The position numbers and the translations under genes were made by a program. The notes beneath the pieces are model-generated. The model was not told the origin of the DNA and made no database searches. It saw only the letters and a program-made list of their open reading frames with translations. Below are positions 30,815 to 40,295 of a stretch of 64,000 nucleotides of DNA, piece after piece. Position 1 is the stretch's first letter. Every line of letters begins with the position of its first letter. The stretch is from an uncultured Gemmatimonadales bacterium (lineage in GTDB: Bacteria; Gemmatimonadota; Gemmatimonadetes; Gemmatimonadales; GWC2-71-9): assembly GCA_963730185.1 (NCBI GenBank), contig CAVSQW010000009.1, forward strand, positions 128,001-192,000, read 5' to 3'.

Positions 30815-30980
30815 GCTGCCTCCAATCGAGTCGGGACCTGCGGCACCGCCGGGCGGCGCCGACCACGAGGACCACAGATGACCGCTCTCAGTTCCCCGCC
30901 GGCGCCCGGACCGAGGCCGGCTCCGAAGGCCAATGCTAACGCCCGGCGGGGCGAGGCGTCAGTCCCAGCCGGCCGGCGCG

Positions 30981-31700
30981 ATGCCCGGCGCTAGACCCCT
31001 CGTCGAGGTGGCGGTCGACACGCTGGCTGCGGCGCTCGTGGCCGCGGGGGCCGGTGCCGATCGGATCGAGCTCTGTCAGGACCTCGAGGTCGGCGGCACC
31101 ACGCCGAGCGCGGGCCTGCTCTCCGCCGTAAAGGCGTCCGTGGCGATCCCGGTGTTCGTGATGATTCGGCCCCGAGGCGGGGACTTTGTCTACGCCGAGC
31201 CCGACGAGGACGTGATGCTCCGGGACGTCGACAGCGCGGCCGGCCTCGGCGCCGATGGCATCGTGCTGGGGGCCCTGACCGTGGACGGACCACCCGACCT
31301 GGAACGGGTGGCCCGGCTGGTGCAGCGGGCCCGGCCCCTGCCGGTCACCTTTCACCGGGCCTTCGACGCGATTCCGAACCCGCGAGAGGCGCTCGGCCCG
31401 CTCCGGGCCGCCGGTGTCGACCGGATCCTCACCTCGGGCGGCGCGGCCACCGCATACGACGGCCGGTTCGCCATCGAGCGTCTGGTGATCCACGCTCCCT
31501 CCGGCCTGGTGGTGATCGCGGGGGGCGGCGTGAACGGTGACACCGTGACGGAGCTGGTCCGACGTACCGGGGTCACCGAGGTCCACCTGGCCGGCAGCTA
31601 CCAGGTGCCGAGCGCCGCCCGCTCGGGCGACCTCACCACCGTCCCGAACCCGGCCCGGGTGCTCCGGGTGGTCGAGGCCGTTCGCGCGCTCGCCGCTTGA
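30981..31700 (+). CDS. cutC: Copper homeostasis protein CutC
   Basis: GADRIELC..L.VGGTTPS, VMIRPRGGDFVY, VTFHRAFD, RILTSGG, EVH. Confidence 0.95.
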   Translation: MPGARPLVEVAVDTLAAALVAAGAGADRIELCQDLEVGGTTPSAGLLSAVKASVAIPVFVMIRPRGGDFVYAEPDEDVMLRDVDSAAGLGADGIVLGALTVDGPPDLERVARLVQRARPLPVTFHRAFDAIPNPREALGPLRAAGVDRILTSGGAATAYDGRFAIERLVIHAPSGLVVIAGGGVNGDTVTELVRRTGVTEVHLAGSYQVPSAARSGDLTTVPNPARVLRVVEAVRALAA

Positions 31701-31704
31701 CCTT

Positions 31705-32343
31705 TCAGGCCTCGAGGCCGAGCTGCTTCAGCACTTCCGGCGGCGGGGGAGGAAACCGGTCGAGAGGTACGTTGCCCACGTATCCTACGTCCTTCATGCC
31801 CGGGCCGGTGGTGTAGAAGCCCGTGGCGGTGAGGTCCCGCACCCGGTCGAAGAACTCGGCCGCCTCCCGATGCTCGGGGCGCGCCTTGGGCACGTAGCAG
31901 ATGTCGTCGGCGATGGCGTTTCGCTGATCGGGGGCGATCGCGGCGAACGCCCGACCGAACCGGCGGTCGGCCTCGGTGTCGAGCCAGGCGAGTCCCTTTC
32001 GAATCTGGGTCAGCCCGTCCCGGGCCCAATCGTACGGGGCGCTGGCCCACTCGTCGATGTAGTCCGGCACGCCCAGGGCGCTCGCGCTCGGGCTCACGTC
32101 GTCCGCGGGAACGATGGTATCGCACAGCGCGGCCAGGGTGGTCAGCTCGGCCGGCGTCATCTGCTTCTGCCACCAGATCTTCGGATGGATCAGGTCGGGA
32201 TCGGACGGCGTGCCGGCCGGCCCTTCGCGGGTGGGTTCCGGCGTTCCCGCGCCGGTGGCCGTATTGGTCTGGTCGTCACCCGGGCGGCAGGCGCTCGCCG
32301 CGGCGGCCACGCCCAGGACCTTCAGTGCGTCGCGTCGCTTCAT
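31705..32343 (-). CDS. Gluconate 2-dehydrogenase subunit 3 family Tat lipoprotein
   Basis: MKRRDALK twin-arginine signal, ASAC lipobox, LCDTIVPAD..PSA..LGVPDYID, GFYTT..G..DVGYVGN; TGATG overlap with the GMC stop. Confidence 0.9.
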   Translation of the reverse strand: MKRRDALKVLGVAAAASACRPGDDQTNTATGAGTPEPTREGPAGTPSDPDLIHPKIWWQKQMTPAELTTLAALCDTIVPADDVSPSASALGVPDYIDEWASAPYDWARDGLTQIRKGLAWLDTEADRRFGRAFAAIAPDQRNAIADDICYVPKARPEHREAAEFFDRVRDLTATGFYTTGPGMKDVGYVGNVPLDRFPPPPPEVLKQLGLEA

Positions 32344-34133
32344 CAGACGTTCCCCCGCTTCATCTCGTCGACAATGTGATCGGTGGTGCGCCATGCCAGC
32401 GCCAAGATGCTCAGAGTGGGGTTCTTGTCGGCGTTGGAGACGAAGGGCGCCCCGTCGGTGACGAAGAGGTTCTTGACGTCCCAGGCCTGGCACCAGTGAT
32501 TGAGCGGCGCCGTCTTCGGGATCGCTCCCCATCCGGACCGTGCCGACCTCGTGGATGATCTGCCCGCCCGGCGATCGCGTTGGCGCCGTCGTTTTGCACG
32601 TGGCCGACCACCCGCCCGCCCATGGCCTCGATGATCTGGCCAAAGGTCTTGACCATGTGCGCTGCCTGTCGGGTCTCGTGCTCGGTCCACTTCCAGTGGA
32701 ACCGGAGCGACCGGAATACCCCAGCGGTCCTTCTTGTCGGGGTCGATCTCGCAGTAGCTATCCTCGTTGGGAATCATCTCCCCGCGACCGTCGAAGTAGA
32801 GGAAGGAGCCGTAGTACCGTCGGGCTTCCTCCTTGAATCGCAGGCCGTAGGCGCCTTCCGTGAAGTCCTCGAGGCCCCCGAAGATGCCCGACCCCGGCAT
32901 CCCGCGGCCGCCGCCGAACTCGATGTGGTAGCCGCGGGGGAAATCGAGCCTGTCCGCGGCCTGCTCCTGGTAGAGCCACCACGGCACGTAGAGATGCGAT
33001 GCCGGAGGTGCCGTCCTGGTTGTGCGGCGGGAGGTTCTCGAGCAGGGGAATCTGACCCTCGAGTCCGGCCCCGACCGTATCCATGAGGTACTTGCCGACC
33101 AGGCCGTTGCTCGTTGGCGATGCCGTTCGGGAACTGCGCCGACTTGGAGTTGAGCAGGATGCGTGCGGACTCGCAGGCGCTCGCGGCCAGGACCACCACG
33201 CGGGCCTCGGCTCGTCGATCCTGACCCGTCGTCTTGTCGATGTAGCTGACGCCGGTGGCCCGACCCGTCCGTCGACCGTCACCTCGCGCACCATGGCGTC
33301 GGTGATCAGGTCGAGGTTGCCGGTTGCCAGGGCCGGGGGCAGCAGGACGGTGGTCGACTGGAAGTTCGCCTTGATGGAGCAGCCGCGTCCGCATGCGGTC
33401 GCCCAGAAGCAGGCGGAGCGGGTCTTCATCGAGTCGGCCAGGACGCGCTGGGCCAGGGCGTTGCCGGGATGGAGCCGGGCCGGCCAGGTCGCGGCGTCCT
33501 GGCGGGTCGTGAGGATGGCCAGGTGGGCCGGAACCACCGGGATGCCGAGCTGCCGACTGTGCTTCTGCGACCAGCAGCTCGTGCGCCCGGGGCTCTGGCG
33601 CGGGGAGCAGCTGCCGTTGGGCGAGTCGGGCGTGTTCTCGAGGCCCTCGTTGGAGCCGTAGACGCCAACCAGCGCCTCGGCCTTGTCGTAGTACGGCGCC
33701 AGATCTTCGTAGGTGATCGGCCAGTCGAAGCCGAGCCCGTCGCGGGAGCGCGGCTTGAAGTCGTACGGTCCCATCCGGAGCGAGATCCGGCCCCAGTGAT
33801 TGGTGCGGCCGCCCAGCATCCGGGCGCGCCACCACATGAAGTCGCTGTCCTCGGCGCTGGTGTACGGCTCGCCGGGAACCTGCCAGCCCCCGTCCACCGT
33901 CGCGTCGTAGAACCCGAACGGCTTGTCTTGCGTCCCGCCGCCCCGTAGCGGGGCATCCTTGGGAAGCTGGAACATCGGCGTCTCGGTGACCGGGTCGTAG
34001 TCTCGACCCGCCTCCAGCACCAGCACCTTCGGCCCTGCACCGCCAACTGGTAGGCCGCCATGCCTCCGCCGGCACCCGATCCGACCACGATGGCGTCGTA
34101 CGTCGTCGCGCTGCGCTTCCGGATGAATCGCAT
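32343..34133 (-). CDS. GMC family oxidoreductase flavoprotein, with about 8 single-base frameshifts
   Basis: [67 protein letters not shown] and [13 protein letters not shown] recovered across frames; shifts near 34037, 33612, 33568, 33270, 33113, 32998, 32708 and 32570/32518. Confidence 0.9.
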
Positions 34134-34324
34134 GGAGCTCCTTCGATTGGCGGGGATTCCCCAAGATACCCCGCCGGCCAAGTCGTCGAGAGGGTCCCGT
34201 CCGGCTGGCCGCGGCCAACCGAGGGCCGCGCCGGCCGACCGAGCTGCTTGACCGCTTGGCCGCCGGGTGCGACGCTAGAGAGTGGCGGTTTTCCCCCACC
34301 CGCGACTTCCGAGAGGTGAGCGCC

Positions 34325-37319
34325 ATGACCCGGGCTCGGCTCGTGATGTGTTTGGCGGCCGGGTTGGTCGTCGGCATTTCCCCGCTCGCGGCACAGGAAC
34401 CCGGCCGGCTGGCCGGCCGCGTGTTGAGCGCCGAGGGCAACCCGGTGGTCGACGCCCTGGCCTCACTGGCCCTGGTCGGCGACCCCACCTGGCGCCACGC
34501 GACCACCGATCGGACCGGCGGATTCCGCTTCGCCGACCTCGGTCCCGGCCGCTACCGCCTCCGGGTGCAACGGATCGGGTATCGCCCGTTCCAGGACGAC
34601 TCCGTCGCCGTGGGAGCGGACGCGAGCGTTTCCCTCACCATCCGGCTCGGCGTCGCGCCTCGCCAGCTCGCGCCCCTGGTTGCCAGCGAGATGCCGGTGC
34701 TGACGGTAAACCGGCTCGCCCCGGGATTCGACCGGAGCGTCGGTCCCGATCAACTGGCCCTTCTCCCGGTCCCGGACGACGCCCGAAGCCTGATCCGCAT
34801 TCTCCCCGGCGTGCGGCCGGACCAGGTCTGGGGCGCCCCGACCGCTCAGGCCAACAACTACCAGATCGACGGCGTCTGGATCAACCATCCGGGCCAGGGT
34901 GGCGACCTGCTCCAGCCGAATCCGACCTGGATCGAGCGGGTCGAGGTCGCCGGGCTCGGCACCGGCGCCCAGTTCGGGAACTTCCAGGGCGGGATCGTCA
35001 ACGTCGTCACCAAGTCGGGCACCAGCCGTTTCGACGGCGCGCTCCGACTCGCGGGTGAATCACGTCATCTGAACGGCTCCAACCTGGTGCGGAACGAAAT
35101 CGGGACCGAACCCGCCGCCCGCTGGGACGCCGACGGGTACGTTCGCGGCCCCCTGGTGAAGGACCGGCTGTTCTACGCGTTGTTCGGCGAGCTCGTCACC
35201 CGAGATCTTCGGGTCCTCAACAACGTGCGGCAGATTGCGGGGGCGTACGCGCCGATCAGCCCGGCGGAGACCGATCGGAAGTTTCTGGCCAAGCTCTCGT
35301 GGCAGCCTTCCGGTCGGGACGCGGTGACCGTTGCCGCGGCCGAGCTCGATCAGGACGTCGATCACGACGGGATGACGGGCTTTCAGAGTCCGGAGGCCAC
35401 CGTCGCCCTGCGGGCCCGGAATCACTACCTCAACCTGCTCTGGCAACGGTCGTGGTCGGCCCGCTCATTTCTCGAGGTCCGGGCCGGCGGCGTTTTCGGC
35501 AGCGACCAGCGCGACCCCTACGGCGGCTCCGGCGAGCCCGGGGTTCGCACGCTCAACGAATCGGTGGCGCACAGTTACCAGAACGCCGAGTTCCGGGAGA
35601 GCCGGCGTCCGAGGAGCGTTTCACTCGGGGCCCAGTGGACCGTGGACCTGACCCGTTGGGGCGGCGAGCATCACCTGACGCTGGGCGCCGAGACCCAGCT
35701 GGGGTCCTGGGTCTACCAGCGGGTTCGAAACGGCGGGATGACCTGGCGCCCCGGTGAACGGCTGACCGATCCCGCCTTCGTTCCGTCCGATCCGGCAACC
35801 TGGATCTACAACCAGGTCCTGACCACCACCTGGGGTGGCAACGTGGCGCTGGACGCGGGACTCGAGAACACCGCCGCCTACCTTCAGGACGACCTGGCGA
35901 TCGGCCGGCGCCTGACCCTCCACGCGGGCGCCCGGTGGGGACGCTGGGTGGGCCAGCTCGCGCCCGCCGTCGGCCAGCCGCGCTTTACCGCGGTCCGGGC
36001 GTCGGCGGTCGAGCCGCGCCTCGGGCTCACCGTGGCGCTCGATCATCGGGGCTCGATTCTGGCCAAGGTGCACTGGGGACGTTACCACCAAAGCCTCTTC
36101 GCCGGACTCTTCGACCGGGCCGAAGGCGCCAACGTCTACGCCAACGAGGAGCAGTGGTCCTACACCGGGCCGCCCCTCAGCGACCCGACCGTGCCCTTCT
36201 CCGAGGCGCAGCGCGACGAGCTCGCCGCCCAAGGCCTGTTCCAGCGGGTGCAGACCGTTCGACTCAACGAAGCCGGCCGGGTGGAGGGATACCGGCAGCC
36301 ATACGTCGAGCAGCTGGTCGGCGGCCTGGAGGCGACGATCGGGCCGGCCTGGAAGGTCGAGGCGGTCTTCGTGCACCGCCGGAATCGGGACATGGTGGCC
36401 CTCGTCGACCGGAACCTCGCGGCCGATTACACCGTCTTCCGCAATGTCCGGGTGCTGGACCGCTTCTTCCAGCCGGTGTCCTGGGGCGGCAAGGATCTGA
36501 TCCTCCCCCGGCTGGCGCTCTCCAACGCCGACATCCTTGCGCTCCGCGCCACCCTCGGCCCGAACTTCCAGCTGCCCTTGAGCGCGGCCGAGCTCGGGGC
36601 CCTGACCTACGACCCGGACTACGTTCTCACGACCGTTCCCGAAGCCACCCGCCGTTTCGACCAGCTCCAGCTGGTCGTCGACGGTCGCCACCCCGGATGG
36701 TGGGTCTCGGCGTCGGCAGCGTTCACCCGGCTTCGCGGCAACCTGAACAGCGTCACCGGCAACGACGACGCGTCGCTCTCCGGGGCCGGACCGTTCGTCC
36801 GCCTGAACGAGCAGTTCGCCTTCTACGGCGACCTGTCTCACCAGAGCCAGGTCGAGCTCAAGCTGCAGGTCGGCGCCCGGCTACCGGTGGGCTTTCGGGG
36901 TGGGATGTTCGTGCGCGTCGTGCTCGGGAGACGTCGCCACGCCCTATCTCACCCTGTCCGATCTCCTGTTCGAGTTCGATCTCCCGGGCCGGACCGACCT
37001 CTCCGAGCAGGATCGCCGGATCCGGGGCTTCTTCCTGGGGTCGATCGCCGGCCAGCGGATCTTCTTGGACCGCCGGGGCTCGTTTCAGTACGGCTCCTAT
37101 GCCACGGTCGACCTCCACCTCGACCGCACCGTGCCGATCGGCCGGGGCCAGCTGCTGCTTGCCGTCGATGCTTTCAACATCCTCGGTGCCTCGACCATCT
37201 CCGAGGTCCAAACGTCTCTCACCGGTGACGTGGGCATCGGAAGCCTGTCGGGCTACGGCCGCACCCTGAACCGGATTCCTCCGCGGACGATCCGGCTAGG
37301 CCTGACCGCCAGGCGGTGA
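34325..37319 (+). CDS. TonB-dependent receptor (Oar-like, with carboxypeptidase-regulatory N-terminal domain), one frameshift near 36924
   Basis: Signal peptide; [44 protein letters not shown]; the C-terminus (VDAFNIL..PRTIRLG) lies in ORF 36900..37319. Confidence 0.88.
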
Positions 37320-37396
37320 GTTGGTCCCGGCGGCGGCCCGGTCGGGGGCGCCGCCGAAGGTCCGGAGCGGCCGGGCTTACCGGGCTGGCGGATCGC

Positions 37397-39841
37397 TCAG
37401 TCTTCCCGGAGGACGACCGCAGGGTCGGTTCGCGCGGCCCGCCGGGCCGGCACCACCGCGGCGATCAGGGCCACCAGCACCACCACCCCCGCGGTGGCGC
37501 CGAAGGTCAAGGGGTCGACCGGCGCCACGTCGAACAGAACGCTTCGGAGCAGCCGGGTCAGCCCAATCGCCGCGCCGAGGCCGATCGCGATCCCGGCGAC
37601 CGCCAAGCGGAGGCCCTGCCCGGCCACCAGCGTCACCACCTGACGGGCGCTTGCGCCGAGCGCCACCCGGACGCCGATCTCGCGACCCCGCTGGGCCACC
37701 GAGTACGCCAGCACGCCGAACAGTCCCAGTCCCGCCAGACCGGCCGCCAGACCGCTGAACAGGGTGAGCAAATCGCCCACCACCCGGGTTGGGCCCAGTG
37801 CGGCGTCGACGAATCCTTCCACGGTCTCGACCCGGTCAAGCGGAACGTCCGCGTCGAACTGAAGCACTGCTCGACGGAGCGGCTCGGTCGCCCGGCGCGG
37901 GTCGTTCCGGGTCGACAGCATGATGCTGAGCACCCGCGACCAGAGCTGGCCGCTCTGGTGGAGCGGGACGTACACCTGCATCCTCGACGCGGTCTCGAGC
38001 TCGTAGTGACGCACGTTCTTGGTTACCCCGATCACGGTACGGTAGCTGGCGATCGGGTGGTCGTGGGTGGATCCCGGTGCCCGCTCGAACGAGATCCGTT
38101 TGCCGATGGGGTCTTGGCCCGGCCAGAACTTCTCGGCCAGCACCTCGTCCACCACGGCCACCGGCGGAGCGCCTTCGCGATCGGCGTCGGTGAAAGTGCG
38201 GCCCCGAAGCAGGGGAATGCCGAGGACGTCGAAGTAGTCCGGTGTGACCATCCCGAACAGCATCGACTGGTAGTTCTCGGGCTGGGCCGGATCGAGCCCT
38301 TCCGGGACCACTCCGTTCTCCCAGCTGCTCTGAGAGAGCGGCACCGCGTTGGACACCGCGACGTCCACCACGCCGGGCAGGGCCCGGGCGCGCGGCAGCA
38401 GCTGCTGGTAGAAAGCCAGCACCTGGTCCTTCGTCCCATACCGGACGGCGGGGAGGGGAATCTCCGCCGTCAGGACGTTCCGGCCGTCGAAGCCCTTGTC
38501 CACCTGGCGAAGATTCCGGAGGCTCCGGATCATCAGTCCCGCGCCGGCCAGGAGCACGAGTGAGAGCGCGACCTCGACCACGACCAGCGCCGTGCGGAGC
38601 CGCTGGCGGCCGCCGCCCACCATCCGGCTCCCGGGGCGGAGATCCTCGTTGGCGCGGCTGGCGCTCCGAAGGGCGGGAACCAGACCGAAGAACACGCCGG
38701 AGGCCATCGCCGCCGTGAGCGCGAAGAGAGCGACCGTCGAATTCACACCCAGGCGGCCGGCCGCCATGGCCGGCAGCTGGTCGGCCACCACCGGCCGGAG
38801 CAGGCCGACGCCGAGCCAGGTGAGCCCCAACCCGATCCCGCCTCCGATCAGGCTGAGGACGCCGGCCTCGGCCATCAGTGCCGCCACCACCCGACCCCGA
38901 CTCGCGCCCAGGGCGGTGCGTACCGCGATTTCCCGGCGACGCGCCTCGCCCCGTGCGAGGATCAGGCTGGCCACGTTCGCGCAGGCGATCAGGAGCACGA
39001 AGGCCACCGAGCCCATCAGCACCAGAAGCGGCGTCCGCGACCTCCCCAGCATCCGCTCGCTCAGCAGGTGGAGCTCGGCCCGGGCCTGCTCCCGACCCTC
39101 CCGCTCGTTGATTCCCTTCCAGACCCGGTCCAGGTCCTGTTGGGCCGCGGCCAGGTCGACCCCCGGCTTGAGGCGGCCCACGGCCCACGATCCCTGCGAG
39201 CAGCCCCGTTCGTCCCAGCAGAGCCGGTTGGCGAAGTACCCCATTGGCAGGAAGACCTCGGCGTCCGGCGAAGGGAAGGTGAACGAGGGTGGCATCACGC
39301 CGACGATCGTGAACGGCTCCCCGTCCAGTACGATGGCCCGGCCGATCGGGTCGGCGCCGGCCGGGAGCCGACGGGTCACGAAGCGATCGCTCACCACTGC
39401 GATCGCGGCGGCGCCCCGGTCGGTCTCGGCCGCGGTGATCCAGCGCCCGCGCGCCGGCGGCACGCCCAAGGTTTCGAAGTAGTCGCCCAGAATGATCCGG
39501 CCCCGGACGATCTCGGGCCGGTCGCCGCCCGTGAGGGTGTAGGTCCGGCTGGCGTTCAAGCCGAAGGAGGCCAGGGTCCGATTCTCGTTTCGCCAGTCCT
39601 TGAAGTTCGGAATCGAGGTGGAGATCAGGTAGCCGCTTCCCGCGTCGCGGACATCGGGCCGGATCAGCCGTTCGGGCGCCTTGACCGGGATCGGCTCCAG
39701 CAACACGGCGTTGACCACGCTGAAGATGGTCGCATTGACCGCGATGCCGAGGGCGATGGTGAGGACGACCACGAGGGCGAAGGCGGGGCGCCGGGCCAGC
39801 GATCGGACGGCCTGGCGGAGGTCGGACCAGAGGGATGACAC
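37397..39841 (-). CDS. ADOP-type duplicated ABC permease
   Basis: GTG 39841 after GGAG; DLRQAVRSL, LLIACANVA, EIAVRTALGA, EVALSLVLLAGAGL, EIGVRVALGA, PARRAARTDP. Confidence 0.95.
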   Translation of the reverse strand: MSSLWSDLRQAVRSLARRPAFALVVVLTIALGIAVNATIFSVVNAVLLEPIPVKAPERLIRPDVRDAGSGYLISTSIPNFKDWRNENRTLASFGLNASRTYTLTGGDRPEIVRGRIILGDYFETLGVPPARGRWITAAETDRGAAAIAVVSDRFVTRRLPAGADPIGRAIVLDGEPFTIVGVMPPSFTFPSPDAEVFLPMGYFANRLCWDERGCSQGSWAVGRLKPGVDLAAAQQDLDRVWKGINEREGREQARAELHLLSERMLGRSRTPLLVLMGSVAFVLLIACANVASLILARGEARRREIAVRTALGASRGRVVAALMAEAGVLSLIGGGIGLGLTWLGVGLLRPVVADQLPAMAAGRLGVNSTVALFALTAAMASGVFFGLVPALRSASRANEDLRPGSRMVGGGRQRLRTALVVVEVALSLVLLAGAGLMIRSLRNLRQVDKGFDGRNVLTAEIPLPAVRYGTKDQVLAFYQQLLPRARALPGVVDVAVSNAVPLSQSSWENGVVPEGLDPAQPENYQSMLFGMVTPDYFDVLGIPLLRGRTFTDADREGAPPVAVVDEVLAEKFWPGQDPIGKRISFERAPGSTHDHPIASYRTVIGVTKNVRHYELETASRMQVYVPLHQSGQLWSRVLSIMLSTRNDPRRATEPLRRAVLQFDADVPLDRVETVEGFVDAALGPTRVVGDLLTLFSGLAAGLAGLGLFGVLAYSVAQRGREIGVRVALGASARQVVTLVAGQGLRLAVAGIAIGLGAAIGLTRLLRSVLFDVAPVDPLTFGATAGVVVLVALIAAVVPARRAARTDPAVVLRED

Positions 39842-39870
39842 GGCGGCTCCAGGGAAACGGGTGCCGGAGT

Positions 39871-39899
39871 TCGATACCGGTTGGCGGAGGGGCGTTGCC
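39871..39899 (-). promoter_or_regulatory. Putative ECF-sigma promoter GGCAACG-N15-GTATC upstream of the ADOP permease
   Basis: Matches 1017-1045 in both boxes and in spacing. Confidence 0.55.
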
Positions 39900-39911
39900 A
39901 GGCGTAGGGAT

Positions 39912-39965
39912 TTGCGGGAGCGACCGGCGTTGGCTAGGTTGTTTATTAGACAAAGACGTAGATAT
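39912..39965 (+). promoter_or_regulatory. Putative sigma70 promoter (TTGCGG-N17-TAGGTT) followed by an AT-rich candidate PadR operator
   Basis: -35 at 39912-39917, -10 at 39935-39940, then GTTTATTAGACAAAGACGTAGATAT directly before the padR ATG. Confidence 0.5.
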
Positions 39966-40295
39966 ATGACCACGCATCTCGGCGACCTCGAACAGCTTCT
40001 GCTCCTCGCCCTTCTCCGGCTCGGCCCGGCGGCCTACGGAGTAGCTATCGCCGACGAGCTGGTCCGGCGAGCGGGCCGCGACGTGACCCTGGGTGCGGTC
40101 TACAAGACGCTGACTCGGCTCGAGGGGAAGGGCTACGTCCGGAGTCAGGTCGGCGAGCCGACCCCGGAGCGGGGTGGCCGGGCCAAGCGCTACTTCCAGC
40201 TCACGGCCTCCGGGCGTCGCGCGCTGACGGCTTCCCTCCAGGCGATCGACCGGTTGGCTGCCGGGCTCGACCTCCTGAGGCCGAGGGAGCCGTGA
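39966..40295 (+). CDS. PadR family transcriptional regulator (ADOP-associated type)
   Basis: LGDLEQLLLLALLRL..AYG..I, GAVYKTLTRLEGKG, PTPERGGRAKRYF.LT..G. Confidence 0.95.
   Translation: MTTHLGDLEQLLLLALLRLGPAAYGVAIADELVRRAGRDVTLGAVYKTLTRLEGKGYVRSQVGEPTPERGGRAKRYFQLTASGRRALTASLQAIDRLAAGLDLLRPREP

Noticed and set aside
32343..34133. GMC gene as a true pseudogene or programmed-frameshift locus
   Set aside because: No nonsense codons found in the reconstructed frame, motifs intact, no slippery sites, and similar indels occur in four other genes. Sequencing error is more parsimonious, though reads are needed to confirm.
37836..39977. 713-aa ORF and similar long overlapping ORFs (28091..30079, 40190..41770, 60995..63370)
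   Set aside because: Alternative-frame or antisense shadows typical of high-GC DNA, with no recognisable motifs.
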